The notes under the pieces: generated by a model | Seen by the model: only the letters and a program-made list of their open reading frames with translations | Told to the model about the DNA's origin: nothing | The model's database searches: none | Shown here: one piece after another, positions 20,940 to 30,415 of the stretch | How the letters are laid out: each line of letters begins with the position of its first letter | Position numbering within the stretch: the stretch's first letter is position 1 | NCBI RefSeq assembly: GCF_001642725.1 | Contig: NZ_LSUQ01000001.1 | Coordinates: forward strand, 1 to 64,000 | Direction of reading: 5' to 3' | Length of the DNA stretch: 64,000 nucleotides | Source: Ferroacidibacillus organovorans | GTDB lineage: Bacteria; Bacillota; Bacilli; Alicyclobacillales; SLC66 | Position numbers and translations under genes: made by a program

Positions 20940-21998
20940 ATGAGAGAGACTGAATGGAATGAGACACAATTAGAGGAAGCGCTTGAGTCGGCCGTAAATC
21001 ACATCGTACGACTCGTATCGATTCCGAGCCCGACGGGATTCACGGACCAGGCCATTCACTACTGCGCAGAGCGCTTCGGGATGCTCGGTGTGTCCTATAA
21101 GCGCACCTATAAAGGCGGCTTGCAGATTTTAATTCCGGGAAAATCACAAAAAACGCGCGTGTTGGCGGCTCACGTGGATACGCTAGGAGGCATGGTCAGA
21201 GAAATTACTGACCAGGGATATTTGCGTCTCTCCGCGCTTGGTGGATATGCGTTTCAAACGGTGGAGGGCGTCTATTGCAAAATTCACACCTTGGACGGTG
21301 CCGTTTACACAGGTACGCTCGTGGCGCGACACGCGTCAACGCATGTGTATAAAGAGGTGGAAGAGCGCACACCAGACACGGTCGTGCTTCGCCTAGATGA
21401 AAAGGTTCAATCAAAAGTGGATGTGGAAGCGCTCGGCATTGCGGTGGGTGATTTTGTTTCGTACGATCCGCGTGTCGTTGTCACGACGTCCGGCTATCTC
21501 AAATCACGTCACCTCGACGACAAGGCTTCGGTCGGCATCCTCCTTTCCCTTGTAGAACGTACTCTGGCAAATTCGATAGAATTGCCTTATTCGTTGTGTC
21601 TCCTGATCAGCACGGACGAAGAGATCGGTTACGGCGGAAATTCAAACATCCCTGAAGAGGCGTTTGAGTACGTGGCGGTTGACATGGGCGCCATTGGAGA
21701 AGGATTAACGACCACGGAACACGTCGTTTCGATCTGTGCAAAGGATTCGAGCGGTCCATACGATTACCAACTGCGTAAAAAATTGACACACCTCGCAAAA
21801 ACGCATCAGATTCCTCACGCAGTGGATCTTTATCCGTACTATAGTTCGGATGCGAGTGCGGCACGCCGCGCTGGGTATGATCTCGCAACGGGTCTCATTG
21901 GTCCTGGAATTGACAGTTCGCACGCCTATGAACGAACACATCGCGACGCGATCTCCGCAACACTTCGACTTTTATGGCAATACATACAGAGCGTATAA
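20940..21998 (+). CDS. M42 family metallopeptidase (YhfE-like)
   Basis: PSPTG, AHVDTLG, SRHLDDK, EEIG, SSHAYER. Confidence 0.9.
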   Translation: MRETEWNETQLEEALESAVNHIVRLVSIPSPTGFTDQAIHYCAERFGMLGVSYKRTYKGGLQILIPGKSQKTRVLAAHVDTLGGMVREITDQGYLRLSALGGYAFQTVEGVYCKIHTLDGAVYTGTLVARHASTHVYKEVEERTPDTVVLRLDEKVQSKVDVEALGIAVGDFVSYDPRVVVTTSGYLKSRHLDDKASVGILLSLVERTLANSIELPYSLCLLISTDEEIGYGGNSNIPEEAFEYVAVDMGAIGEGLTTTEHVVSICAKDSSGPYDYQLRKKLTHLAKTHQIPHAVDLYPYYSSDASAARRAGYDLATGLIGPGIDSSHAYERTHRDAISATLRLLWQYIQSV

Positions 21999-22042
21999 GA
22001 TCATCGCAATGTGCAGGAGAGTTCTGGTTAGAATGTACGGTT

Positions 22043-22149
22043 AAATAAAATAAGCGAGACGCTGTCGCAAGCGACAGCGTCAGGGTTATATGAGCACCAA
22101 TAGAACAGGAAAAGATAAGAGCGAAAATCATGAGTGCACTCATAAGAAC
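22043..22149 (-). ncRNA. Candidate ~105-nt intergenic sRNA
   Basis: Own promoter TTGACT-N17-TACATT (22184-22156) and own terminator GACGCTGTCGC-TT-GCGACAGCGTC followed by TTATTTTATTT. Confidence 0.5.
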
Positions 22150-22203
22150 GAGATCAATGTAACAAAATCTACATCGTTAGTCAAGGTTCGACACAGCTTG
22201 TCC

Positions 22204-22235
22204 AAAAAAAACTGCGGAGCTGAGTCCTCTCCGCA
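22204..22235 (-). terminator. Intrinsic terminator of the NYN gene
   Basis: Minus-strand TGCGGAG-loop-CTCCGCA followed by GTTTTTTTT. Confidence 0.8.
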
Positions 22236-22244
22236 AAGCGACAA

Positions 22245-23210
22245 TCAAGGGCGCGGAATGGAGTACTCATCGTGATCAAGCGACGCATTCTCATCGCGCT
22301 CGGGCGTTTCAATGCTCAATACGATATTTTTATGGGTGCCATACTCGTTTGTACGCAGTTCTTCACGGATGAAGTTTCCGCGGTGAAGGAGATCGATCAC
22401 TTGGCTCGCCGTATTGCTTGGAATGCTTAAATAGTCAGCGAGTCCATCGCGCAACCATTTCGGTCCGAGATTTTTGGTGCGGTTTGCCGGTTGTGCATGC
22501 CACTCTGAAATATATTGAATCGCATCTTGAATAAAATCAGACGGATTTTTGGGACTGACATCCACGTGAAGAAATTCCAACAGATCGTAACTCTGATGCG
22601 CAAATTTGCGAATGTCCGTATGCTTTGCAATCGCGTCTTCCACGTAAAACAATTCAACGTGCTTACCGCGATATAGCATTCTGCTCATAATCGGGATCAT
22701 GTCACTATCCGCTGTTACAAAGACATAACAGGAAATATTTGAATCCGAATACGAAGTTTCCATTGCATCAATCGACAATTCGATATCGGACGCATTCTTT
22801 GCTTTGTCTTCATTTTTCCCGTTCGCGTAAACGTGTCGTATCTGCACACGCTTCTTTTGCAGACTCGTCAGGTTGGCCGCGACCTGTTCAAAGTCTGCGT
22901 ACGCTTTGAACATGCGAATGTTGTTTTTGTCGTATTTTTCCCAGAGTCGGTCAAACAAGTTGCGCTGGGGGTCCTCGTGATCAGGGTCGTGACGATAGCG
23001 ATTCATCAGTGTCCAATAAACGTTATCGTAATCGACGAATACGGCGACATTCTGCATCGCATGGTCATCTGAACGGGTTTGTATGGCGCGCTCTACCGCA
23101 CCCGCAATTGCAATTCCCAATTTGTTCATTACGGTGTCTTCCGAAAAAGAGATTGGGTCAGTCTCCAATTTCTTTCGGTGTGGCACCTGTGCCGCACGTG
23201 ACTCACTCAT
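22245..23210 (-). CDS. NYN (LabA/DUF88 PIN-like) domain protein
   Basis: VFVDYDN, KNASDIELSIDA, TADSDMIP; AGGAGG SD before ATG 23210. Confidence 0.85.
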   Translation of the reverse strand: MSESRAAQVPHRKKLETDPISFSEDTVMNKLGIAIAGAVERAIQTRSDDHAMQNVAVFVDYDNVYWTLMNRYRHDPDHEDPQRNLFDRLWEKYDKNNIRMFKAYADFEQVAANLTSLQKKRVQIRHVYANGKNEDKAKNASDIELSIDAMETSYSDSNISCYVFVTADSDMIPIMSRMLYRGKHVELFYVEDAIAKHTDIRKFAHQSYDLLEFLHVDVSPKNPSDFIQDAIQYISEWHAQPANRTKNLGPKWLRDGLADYLSIPSNTASQVIDLLHRGNFIREELRTNEYGTHKNIVLSIETPERDENASLDHDEYSIPRP

Positions 23211-23372
23211 GTGTTGCCTCCTATCGATAACACGCACGATCTCCATCGCACTGTATCTACATGTTCTCCTCGAGAGCCGAATTTCCTTCCGAGGGCCAGT
23301 GAAAATTACCTATTTTCGTGGATCCATCTACTCTTATGATATGCGCAAGATGCTGGCGAAAGGTTACAGCTG

Positions 23373-24329
23373 TTATACTGGTTTTTTCAAAAATCGCTGC
23401 AAAAAGACGAGTGAGAGAGCACCGACGGGAATCGGTAAATAAAAAGAGATGAAGCGATACATCAGAGTGCCTGCAATCGCCATCGATAAAGGGACGCCGT
23501 AGCTGTGAACGACAGTTGCGAGCACAGCCTCCACGACGCCAATTGTCGTCGGCGCCAGTGACACGAGTACCAAAAGGGACGTGATCGAGTACGAGAGCAC
23601 AGCGAGCCAAAGTGAAATTGGGACGTGAATCGCCTGAAATGCGGTGTACACCATGACCATCCGAACGACATAAACGAGAAAAAGGTATACACAGGCGAAC
23701 AAAAATGGGATGGGATGGTGCTGCATCCGTTTCCATTCTTCTCGAAGAATCGTTAAAGTATGCGAAGCCCGCTTGCTTTTCTGCCCAAAACGCGAAATCA
23801 GAAAGTAAAGAAGCAAAACGCCAAGACTCACAGCTACCGCGATAAGCAGTCCCACTCTAATGAGGTTTGCTTCCTGCCCGTTCGTTGCAAACGCGGCAAA
23901 CAGACAAAGAAGCAGCAATGGGACGAGTGAAACGTAGCTGAGCGCGAGTGACCACAGATTGGTCGCCGTCGTTTCTTTTAAGCCATACCCTAAACGATTT
24001 CCCCAGAAAATGAAAGCGGCAGTCCCTGATGCGCCAGACAAAGGCAAGACAGCGTTATACATGGTTTGCAATGTATAGAGCACAGTGAGCAAAAGGAGCG
24101 GAACCTTTCGCTGCATGGTTGCAAAAAGCACGCGGCCGGATGCCCCTTGTAGCAGAAAGAACAGCAGTTGAAGGGCGAGTAGCGCTGCGACCCCCCAGGC
24201 GTTTGCGTGAAGCAGATAGGGCCAAGAACGCGCCAACTCTCCGCGCTCTTTGTCGATCAGGTAGACGATCAGACCAGCCGTCGCGAAAAGCAAAAAAATC
24301 GACCATGCGCGTGAGAAACGCTTTCTCAA
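23373..24329 (-). CDS. Lysylphosphatidylglycerol-synthase TM (UPF0104) flippase-like membrane protein
   Basis: About 8 TM segments; PTTIGVVEA...GTLMYRFISFYLP. Confidence 0.8.
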   Translation of the reverse strand: MRKRFSRAWSIFLLFATAGLIVYLIDKERGELARSWPYLLHANAWGVAALLALQLLFFLLQGASGRVLFATMQRKVPLLLLTVLYTLQTMYNAVLPLSGASGTAAFIFWGNRLGYGLKETTATNLWSLALSYVSLVPLLLLCLFAAFATNGQEANLIRVGLLIAVAVSLGVLLLYFLISRFGQKSKRASHTLTILREEWKRMQHHPIPFLFACVYLFLVYVVRMVMVYTAFQAIHVPISLWLAVLSYSITSLLVLVSLAPTTIGVVEAVLATVVHSYGVPLSMAIAGTLMYRFISFYLPIPVGALSLVFLQRFLKKPV

Positions 24330-24470
24330 TCCTCATGCAACCTTTCTCACGTTCCGTGCGCTGCGTCTTTCATCGTTTCTGCCAGATATTGTACCACATA
24401 CCTTGGCATTACAGTGTGATACTACAGCAAATAGAGACGTGTTTGTCCATCATAAATCGGAAGAGGGCAT

Positions 24471-27400
24471 TTGCACTTGTCTGAAACAGCAACCGTCATC
24501 CACGAATTGCCAGGACGCATTCGGGTGCGCGTCAAATGGATTCACGTTCGGCAAAATGAGCAGGCGACCGTATTGCGTGCGCTGCGCGAATTGCCAGGCA
24601 TGGTGCGCTTGGAATTAAACACGTTGACAGGAAACCTGTTGATCTTGTTTCAGCAAGGGGAAAATCGTCAAGATCACGTTGTGAAGTCGATACTGTCAAC
24701 CATCGAAGACACCTTGCGCACAACAGAAAATTCGCACGCCGACACTTCGAAAGAAATGTCTGGCGGGACGGTGACCTTACCCTTTAAATATGCGCAAACG
24801 GCTGCTGCACATCTGAGCGTGGACAGGGGTTGCGCAGAGCGAGGATGTGGACTGTCTACTCAAGAGGCGAAAGAGCGTTTGCGCCAGTATGGGGAAAATC
24901 GCTTGCCACTTTTGCGTGATACACCGTGGTGGAAGCATGTCCTAAAGCAAGGTCAGGATGGCATGACGCTTTTGCTGCTCGGGTTGGCGGGTCTATCCTT
25001 TGTCTCAAAGCGTACCGCAGAGGGTAGCGCCCTTCTCATTGTCATCATGGTCAACAGCGTCGTCACAGTCCTTCAGCAACATCGTTCAGGGCGCGACAAG
25101 CGAACGCTTGCCGCAATGACAGACGGAGATGCAATCGTGTTTCGCGATGGACGACGCGAGCATCTTGCTAAAGAACTGCTCGTACCAGGGGATCTCGTTT
25201 GGCTGGAAGAAGGGATACAGGTGCCTGCGGATGGCGAACTGATCGAATCGCATCACCTCGCGTGTGATGAATCCCTTTTAACAGGGGAGCCCCTTGCGAT
25301 CGAAAAAAATGCTGCCGCGCTCAGTGCTAAAACGACGGTGCGTGAACAAAATCCTGACGGCGTGACGTCTGCGTCAGGCGTTGTGATGGGCAGCTTTGTC
25401 GTGCGCGGAAACGGTGTCATGCTCGTCACACAGACTGGTTCTGAGACGGTCATGGGAAAGATTGCAAAAGGACTTGTAGAGCCAACGCTGGTTGAAACGC
25501 CGCTTCAGCGCAGTGTGTCCCGGTTTTCGCGCGCGGTGGTCACTACGATAGGGCTTTCCACTGCGCTTTTGATTCTCGTTGGGATCTTGCGCAAAGAGCG
25601 TGTGGGACCACTGCTCCTCTCAGCGCTAAGCATCGGGGCGTCCGCGATTCCGGAGGGTCTTCCTGTGTTGATTGGCATCGCCTTGACGGCGGGCGTTCGC
25701 CGCATGCAGGCGCGCAAGGCGCTTGTACAAAAGCCGTCGGCGCTCGAAACACTCGGGCGCAGCACGGTGATCTGCTCTGACAAAACGGGAACACTAACCA
25801 AAAATGAGATGACCGTGCGCGTGCTGTTTGACGGCACGCATGTCAGGGTGCTTCCTGATTTGGATGTTCTGTCGACAAGCGATATGGATCAACCGCTTCG
25901 CGCGTCAGGCCACGTGGTCAATCTGCTCACAAAGGCGGTTTTATGCAGTAACGCAGAGTGGGTGGAGGCCGAGCGCGATGGAAAGACAGAGTGGACACTG
26001 CGCGGCGATGCCACCGAAGGGGCGCTTCTTGCGGCCGCCTGCAGAGCGGGAATCGCTCTGCGGGAAATTCGCGCAAAGTATGCGCGCCTAGATGAGCGCC
26101 CCTTTGAGTCGGAGCGCCAGCGTATGAGTGTCATCTGCCAAGGCTTCTCAGGTAGTGAACTGATCGTAAAGGGAGCGATCGAACCCATATTTGCGCGTTG
26201 TGCGTTCTATCAGTCAGAAGACGGGCTCTGTGAATTGGATGACGCGAATCGCGCGCGCATTCTTGCCATCGCGAACGATTTTTCTCGGGAGGCATACCGA
26301 GTGATCTGCCTTGCGTATCGCCCGCTCCCGCACGACGTTCCGGCGCGCGCGGTGGATGAGAACGAAGAGAATCTCATCTTTCTCGGGCTCGTAGGCATGG
26401 AAGATCCGCCGCGTGAACATGTAGAACAAGGCATCCGCGCATGTCGCGATGCAGGGATTCGCGTCTTAATGATGACCGGGGATCACCCGGAAACGGCGCG
26501 CGCGACCGCGCGCAAAATCGGACTTTCGACGTCACAAGCGGAGCGTGTGCTTGTGGGGAGTGAACTCACGGAATACTCGGATGAGGCGTTGCAGCGCGTG
26601 TGCCTTGATGTATCGATTTTTGCGCGCGTCACACCACAAGATAAACTGCGCATCGTCGCGGCGCTCAAAGCGACCGGCCATGTCGTCGTGATGACCGGGG
26701 ATGGGGTCAATGACGCGCTGGCGATTCGTCACGCAGACGTCGGTATTGCCATGGGACAGAGTGGGACGGCGCTTGCGCGCGAGGCGAGTTCGATCACCTT
26801 GGTCGACGACGATTTTAACGCGATCATTCGCGCGGTCGATGAGGGACGGGGGATTCTCGGTAATATCCGCCGGGCGCTTGGATACCTGCTCTCTGGAAAT
26901 CTGGGAGAAATCTTGTTCAGTCTACTCTCCGTTCTCTTCGGGTTACCGCTTCCCTTTGTTCCGATTCAGATTTTGCTGATCAATCTGCTGACCGACGCGG
27001 CGCCGACACTCACGCTGCTTGTGCGCCCCAAACGACACGCGGGCATGTTGCGCGTTCGCGAGGCGGATTTGAATGACCGCAACTTTCTCACGCAACTCGT
27101 TGTACGCGCACTCTCAATCGGTTTCTCAACGTTTTTGCTCTATCGCTCGCTGCTACTGCGTGTCGCACCGCGCATTGCGCAATCGGCTTCGCTCACTACG
27201 CTGGTGCTTGTCCAGTGGTTTCAAGTCGAAAGTTGGCACCACGACGGCGCCGCACCGCAGCGCATCCTTCCACGTCAACGATCCATGCAAGGTGTTCTTG
27301 CTGTCAGCTTTGCCGCGCTCATCGGAGCGCTTTATATTCCGCCGCTTGCAGCGCTTACCGGGCTTCAGCCGCTTTCGCTCGGCATCTTCTTTGCGGCTGT

Positions 27401-27494
27401 TACAACAGCGTACGCCGCCCAACTACTTCATGGAGGGATCATGCAATGCCTGAGACACTTGAAAATAAGCTCCACGCCATCTCTGCAGCACTAA
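24471..27494 (+). CDS. P2-type (Ca2+-like) P-type ATPase with an N-terminal HMA_2-like domain
   Basis: VIHELPGRIRVRV N-terminus; TGE, IPEGLP, CSDKTGT, KGA, DPPR, TGDGVND, GNLGE, NLLTD. Confidence 0.9.
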   Translation: MHLSETATVIHELPGRIRVRVKWIHVRQNEQATVLRALRELPGMVRLELNTLTGNLLILFQQGENRQDHVVKSILSTIEDTLRTTENSHADTSKEMSGGTVTLPFKYAQTAAAHLSVDRGCAERGCGLSTQEAKERLRQYGENRLPLLRDTPWWKHVLKQGQDGMTLLLLGLAGLSFVSKRTAEGSALLIVIMVNSVVTVLQQHRSGRDKRTLAAMTDGDAIVFRDGRREHLAKELLVPGDLVWLEEGIQVPADGELIESHHLACDESLLTGEPLAIEKNAAALSAKTTVREQNPDGVTSASGVVMGSFVVRGNGVMLVTQTGSETVMGKIAKGLVEPTLVETPLQRSVSRFSRAVVTTIGLSTALLILVGILRKERVGPLLLSALSIGASAIPEGLPVLIGIALTAGVRRMQARKALVQKPSALETLGRSTVICSDKTGTLTKNEMTVRVLFDGTHVRVLPDLDVLSTSDMDQPLRASGHVVNLLTKAVLCSNAEWVEAERDGKTEWTLRGDATEGALLAAACRAGIALREIRAKYARLDERPFESERQRMSVICQGFSGSELIVKGAIEPIFARCAFYQSEDGLCELDDANRARILAIANDFSREAYRVICLAYRPLPHDVPARAVDENEENLIFLGLVGMEDPPREHVEQGIRACRDAGIRVLMMTGDHPETARATARKIGLSTSQAERVLVGSELTEYSDEALQRVCLDVSIFARVTPQDKLRIVAALKATGHVVVMTGDGVNDALAIRHADVGIAMGQSGTALAREASSITLVDDDFNAIIRAVDEGRGILGNIRRALGYLLSGNLGEILFSLLSVLFGLPLPFVPIQILLINLLTDAAPTLTLLVRPKRHAGMLRVREADLNDRNFLTQLVVRALSIGFSTFLLYRSLLLRVAPRIAQSASLTTLVLVQWFQVESWHHDGAAPQRILPRQRSMQGVLAVSFAALIGALYIPPLAALTGLQPLSLGIFFAAVTTAYAAQLLHGGIMQCLRHLKISSTPSLQH

Positions 27495-27661
27495 AGGATG
27501 CGATTGAAACGAGCGTTGATGCGTTTCAAAGCGGTGTCGATAAAAAGGAAATAGGTCAGTTGTGGAGTGGCATGCTCAGTCAGTTCATGGAGGATATGCG
27601 CAATAAAAGTCGGAGTACCGGGGAAAACTTGCTGGCATGGGTTCGCATGCCGCGCATCTAG
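27446..27661 (+). CDS. Small helical hypothetical protein (71 aa)
   Basis: GGAGGG SD then ATG 27446; MPETLENKLHAISAALKDAIETS...; fills the gap in the operon. Confidence 0.65.
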   Translation: MPETLENKLHAISAALKDAIETSVDAFQSGVDKKEIGQLWSGMLSQFMEDMRNKSRSTGENLLAWVRMPRI

Positions 27662-27688
27662 CGGATTGCCTCTGAAAGGTTGAGAGAA

Positions 27689-28138
27689 ATGAACAGACTG
27701 CTGTGGGTGGGGCTTTTAAGTTTGGTGATCGCCTCGCGAGCAAAGGACGAGCGCAATTTTCGTTCGCAGGTGGTGCGCACCGTCGTGAATGGCATGCGCG
27801 CTGCAGATCTCGCCAAAGTGTCTGTCGCACGCTTTAAAGAGGTGGGCGAAGACCTATTAGCGGACGTTCGCTATCAGTATGAACAGCGCACGCGAAAAGC
27901 GGCTGATTCTTTACAAGAGTTGCCAAGCCCATCTGACTTTCGTATGATGGACGCGACAATCGAGAGACAGGAGAGCCGCCGACATGCGAATACGAATGTG
28001 GATGCCAGCGACTGGAATTCTGTTGCTCTCCCTCGCGTCTTGGTACGCGAGTGTAAAGGCGTGGAGTCCGCCACTGACGTTTCTACTTTGCGCGCTTACG
28101 ATCATCGCACTCGCGCGACGCATCGGGTCATCCACTGA
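27689..28138 (+). CDS. Small membrane-anchored protein, DUF5132-like
   Basis: Hydrophobic N-terminus, then RTVVNGM...ARFKEVGEDLLADVRYQYE amphipathic helix; 3' end overlaps cax by 155 nt. Confidence 0.55.
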   Translation: MNRLLWVGLLSLVIASRAKDERNFRSQVVRTVVNGMRAADLAKVSVARFKEVGEDLLADVRYQYEQRTRKAADSLQELPSPSDFRMMDATIERQESRRHANTNVDASDWNSVALPRVLVRECKGVESATDVSTLRAYDHRTRATHRVIH

Positions 28139-29042
28139 GCATCTCGCGCGGCACCTTGGCTCGACGCTTGGAGCGTTGCTGTCCGCCACATTTGGAAACA
28201 GCGTTGAACTGATTCTGTCTATCGCGGCGCTGCGTGCAGGACTCTATCGCGTCGTTCAGGCGAGCATCGTGGGCAGTGTCCTCGCTAATCTTCTGCTGAC
28301 ACTCGGTGTCTGCATGATGATCGGCGGCGTCACACAGAAGGTGCAGGTGTTCAGCCGCGCTCGCGCAGGGTTGAACAGTGTGATGCTTTTTATTGCCGTA
28401 TTCGGTCTCTCCATGACGAGTCTATACCAATATTCAGGTACGCACGCAGGCCACGCCAAAGCGCTTGGCGTCAGCATTTCCATCGTGTTTTTACTGATCT
28501 ATGCGCTCGGATTTGTGTTTTCCTTCTTCACACATCGGAGTTTCCTGGTGCCCGCCGAGTCACTCGGTGGGCAAGAGCGTCAACCGGGGTCACTCTTTCC
28601 ACACATGGTTGAATTGATTGTCGCTACGATCCTAGTTTCGATTGTCAGTGAGGGGATTGTCGGTTCAATCGTACCGCTCTCCGCGCGGTTTGGGATCTCG
28701 GAGCCGTTTGTTGGCATGATCCTCTTACCACTGATCGGAATCGCACCTGAATTTTTCTCCGCAATATTACTTGCACGGCGTGGGAATTTGGATGGAAGCA
28801 TGGAGATTGGACTCGGATCAAGTTTGCAAATCGCGCTCTTTGTGGCACCCGCACTCGTGCTTACGGATACGGCGATGCGCGGGAAATTTACACTTGTTTT
28901 TACGCCTGTGGAGGTACTCGTACTCTTTTTGTCGACCCTTTTGGTGAGTCTTGTCTCACTTGACGGGGAGACCCACTGGTACGAGGGAATGATGGTGACG
29001 GCCGCTTACGTCATGCTGGGATTGCTCTTTTTCTTTCAGTGA
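27984..29042 (+). CDS. Ca2+/H+ antiporter (CAX/ChaA family)
   Basis: ATFGNSVELI alpha-1 repeat, GSVLANLLL, GSSLQIALFVAP, DGETHWYEG. Confidence 0.92.
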   Translation: MRIRMWMPATGILLLSLASWYASVKAWSPPLTFLLCALTIIALARRIGSSTEHLARHLGSTLGALLSATFGNSVELILSIAALRAGLYRVVQASIVGSVLANLLLTLGVCMMIGGVTQKVQVFSRARAGLNSVMLFIAVFGLSMTSLYQYSGTHAGHAKALGVSISIVFLLIYALGFVFSFFTHRSFLVPAESLGGQERQPGSLFPHMVELIVATILVSIVSEGIVGSIVPLSARFGISEPFVGMILLPLIGIAPEFFSAILLARRGNLDGSMEIGLGSSLQIALFVAPALVLTDTAMRGKFTLVFTPVEVLVLFLSTLLVSLVSLDGETHWYEGMMVTAAYVMLGLLFFFQ

Positions 29043-29069
29043 AATGGACAGCGTGGATCAACAGGGGGT

Positions 29070-29762
29070 GTGGGTGTGTACAAAAAAATCACTCGCCACA
29101 CGGTGTGGATGCTACTATTTGCCCCGCTCGCGCTTCTTCTCATGATTCTTTTTTATCGCTCTGGAAGCTGGACAATCCTTCCTACATACCTGGAAAAATT
29201 GGGACATGCCGGAATCGTTTTAAGCTACCTGTTGGTGGTGCTTCAGACGGTGGTCCCGTTTGTCCCCTTTGCCATTCTAGCGGGTATGAATGCGACTGCG
29301 CACGGATTCTTCACAGGCTATCTGGCGACACTTTTCGGGAGTTTCACAGGCGCACTCCTTCTTTATGGCTTGAGCAAAAGTGTGCTGAGACCGCTTTTCA
29401 GCCGCTATTTAAGACGTTTTTTTGCGCGCCACCAAAAATTGCAAACTGCCGTATCCCGGATCGAACAGGCAACGCCGTGGTCCACCTTTTTTACCGTTTT
29501 GGGTTTGCGCTTACAGTTCTGGCTTCCGGCATCGCTCATCGATGTTTCTGCAGGGATTTCTTCCGTGTCCTTTGTACCCTTTCTTTTTGGTACACTCATC
29601 GGACAGGCGATCATGGTTCTACTCGAGAGTTATGTGGGGCATCGCGTGCTACATTTCCAAGCTCACATGGCTGAACTCGCAGGAATCTGCGTGATAGGGG
29701 GGGCCATTTTGGCGACAAATTTCATTTTGGCAAAACGGAGAAGGCGAAAGCTGAACTCATGA
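29070..29762 (+). CDS. TVP38/TMEM64 (DedA superfamily) membrane protein
   Basis: QTVVPFVPFAIL.G, LRL...P..LID..AG, FLFGTLIG. Confidence 0.85.
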   Translation: MGVYKKITRHTVWMLLFAPLALLLMILFYRSGSWTILPTYLEKLGHAGIVLSYLLVVLQTVVPFVPFAILAGMNATAHGFFTGYLATLFGSFTGALLLYGLSKSVLRPLFSRYLRRFFARHQKLQTAVSRIEQATPWSTFFTVLGLRLQFWLPASLIDVSAGISSVSFVPFLFGTLIGQAIMVLLESYVGHRVLHFQAHMAELAGICVIGGAILATNFILAKRRRRKLNS

Positions 29763-30415
29763 TGCACGCGCTGTATTCCTTTTTTGCCATCCTTCTCACC
29801 GATTTGGTTCTTTCGGGAGACAATGCGTTTGTGATCGCGATGGCGACACTCCATCTCGCCCCAAGCGCGCGAAAGCGCGCGATGCTTTACGGTGCGGCAG
29901 TCACGATTTTGCTCAGGGTGTTACTCACGCTCGTCCTCGGACGCGCGCTCACGTGGCCGTACTTACAGACGATTGGTGGCTTGCTTTTGCTCTACGTCGC
30001 CTATTCCGTCTTGTTTCATAAGGATTTAAAAGTAGCGTCTGACGAGCAAACAAAGCGCGGCGTTCTGTCAACGGTCGCAACCATTCTAATCGCCGATCTC
30101 ACAATGAGTGCAGATAATGTGGTGGCGGTGGCGGGAATTGCGCAGGGCAATGCAGTGATGACGGCGCTCGGTCTTTTAGTGAGTATTTCTCTTTTGATGT
30201 TTGCCAGTTCTTTGATTGCCAGGCTGATGGCGCGTTTGGCGATTCTGCGATGGATTGGGGCAGGCGTTCTCGCGTGCACGGCGGGCGTGATGTTTCACAG
30301 TGATCCAGGGATCGCTCACTTTTTTGGGGCGCGGTCGATCTACGCGCCGATTTTCGGATTTGTACTTGGATCTGTACTCTATGTCGCGTCGCGCAAATGC
30401 AACGTCAGCTTTTGA
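29759..30415 (+). CDS. TerC-family (YjbE-like) metal-transport membrane protein
   Basis: DLVLSGDNAFVIAMA and ADLTMSADNVVAVAG. Confidence 0.9.
   Translation: MMHALYSFFAILLTDLVLSGDNAFVIAMATLHLAPSARKRAMLYGAAVTILLRVLLTLVLGRALTWPYLQTIGGLLLLYVAYSVLFHKDLKVASDEQTKRGVLSTVATILIADLTMSADNVVAVAGIAQGNAVMTALGLLVSISLLMFASSLIARLMARLAILRWIGAGVLACTAGVMFHSDPGIAHFFGARSIYAPIFGFVLGSVLYVASRKCNVSF

Noticed and set aside
21895..22143. 82-aa minus-strand ORF
   Set aside because: It has no SD, crosses a strong terminator and runs antisense into the M42 peptidase gene; an sRNA explains the signals better.
24330..24470. Mn (yybP-ykoY) or Mg (M-box) riboswitch before the P-type ATPase operon
   Set aside because: No conserved motifs or terminator were seen in this short divergent spacer.
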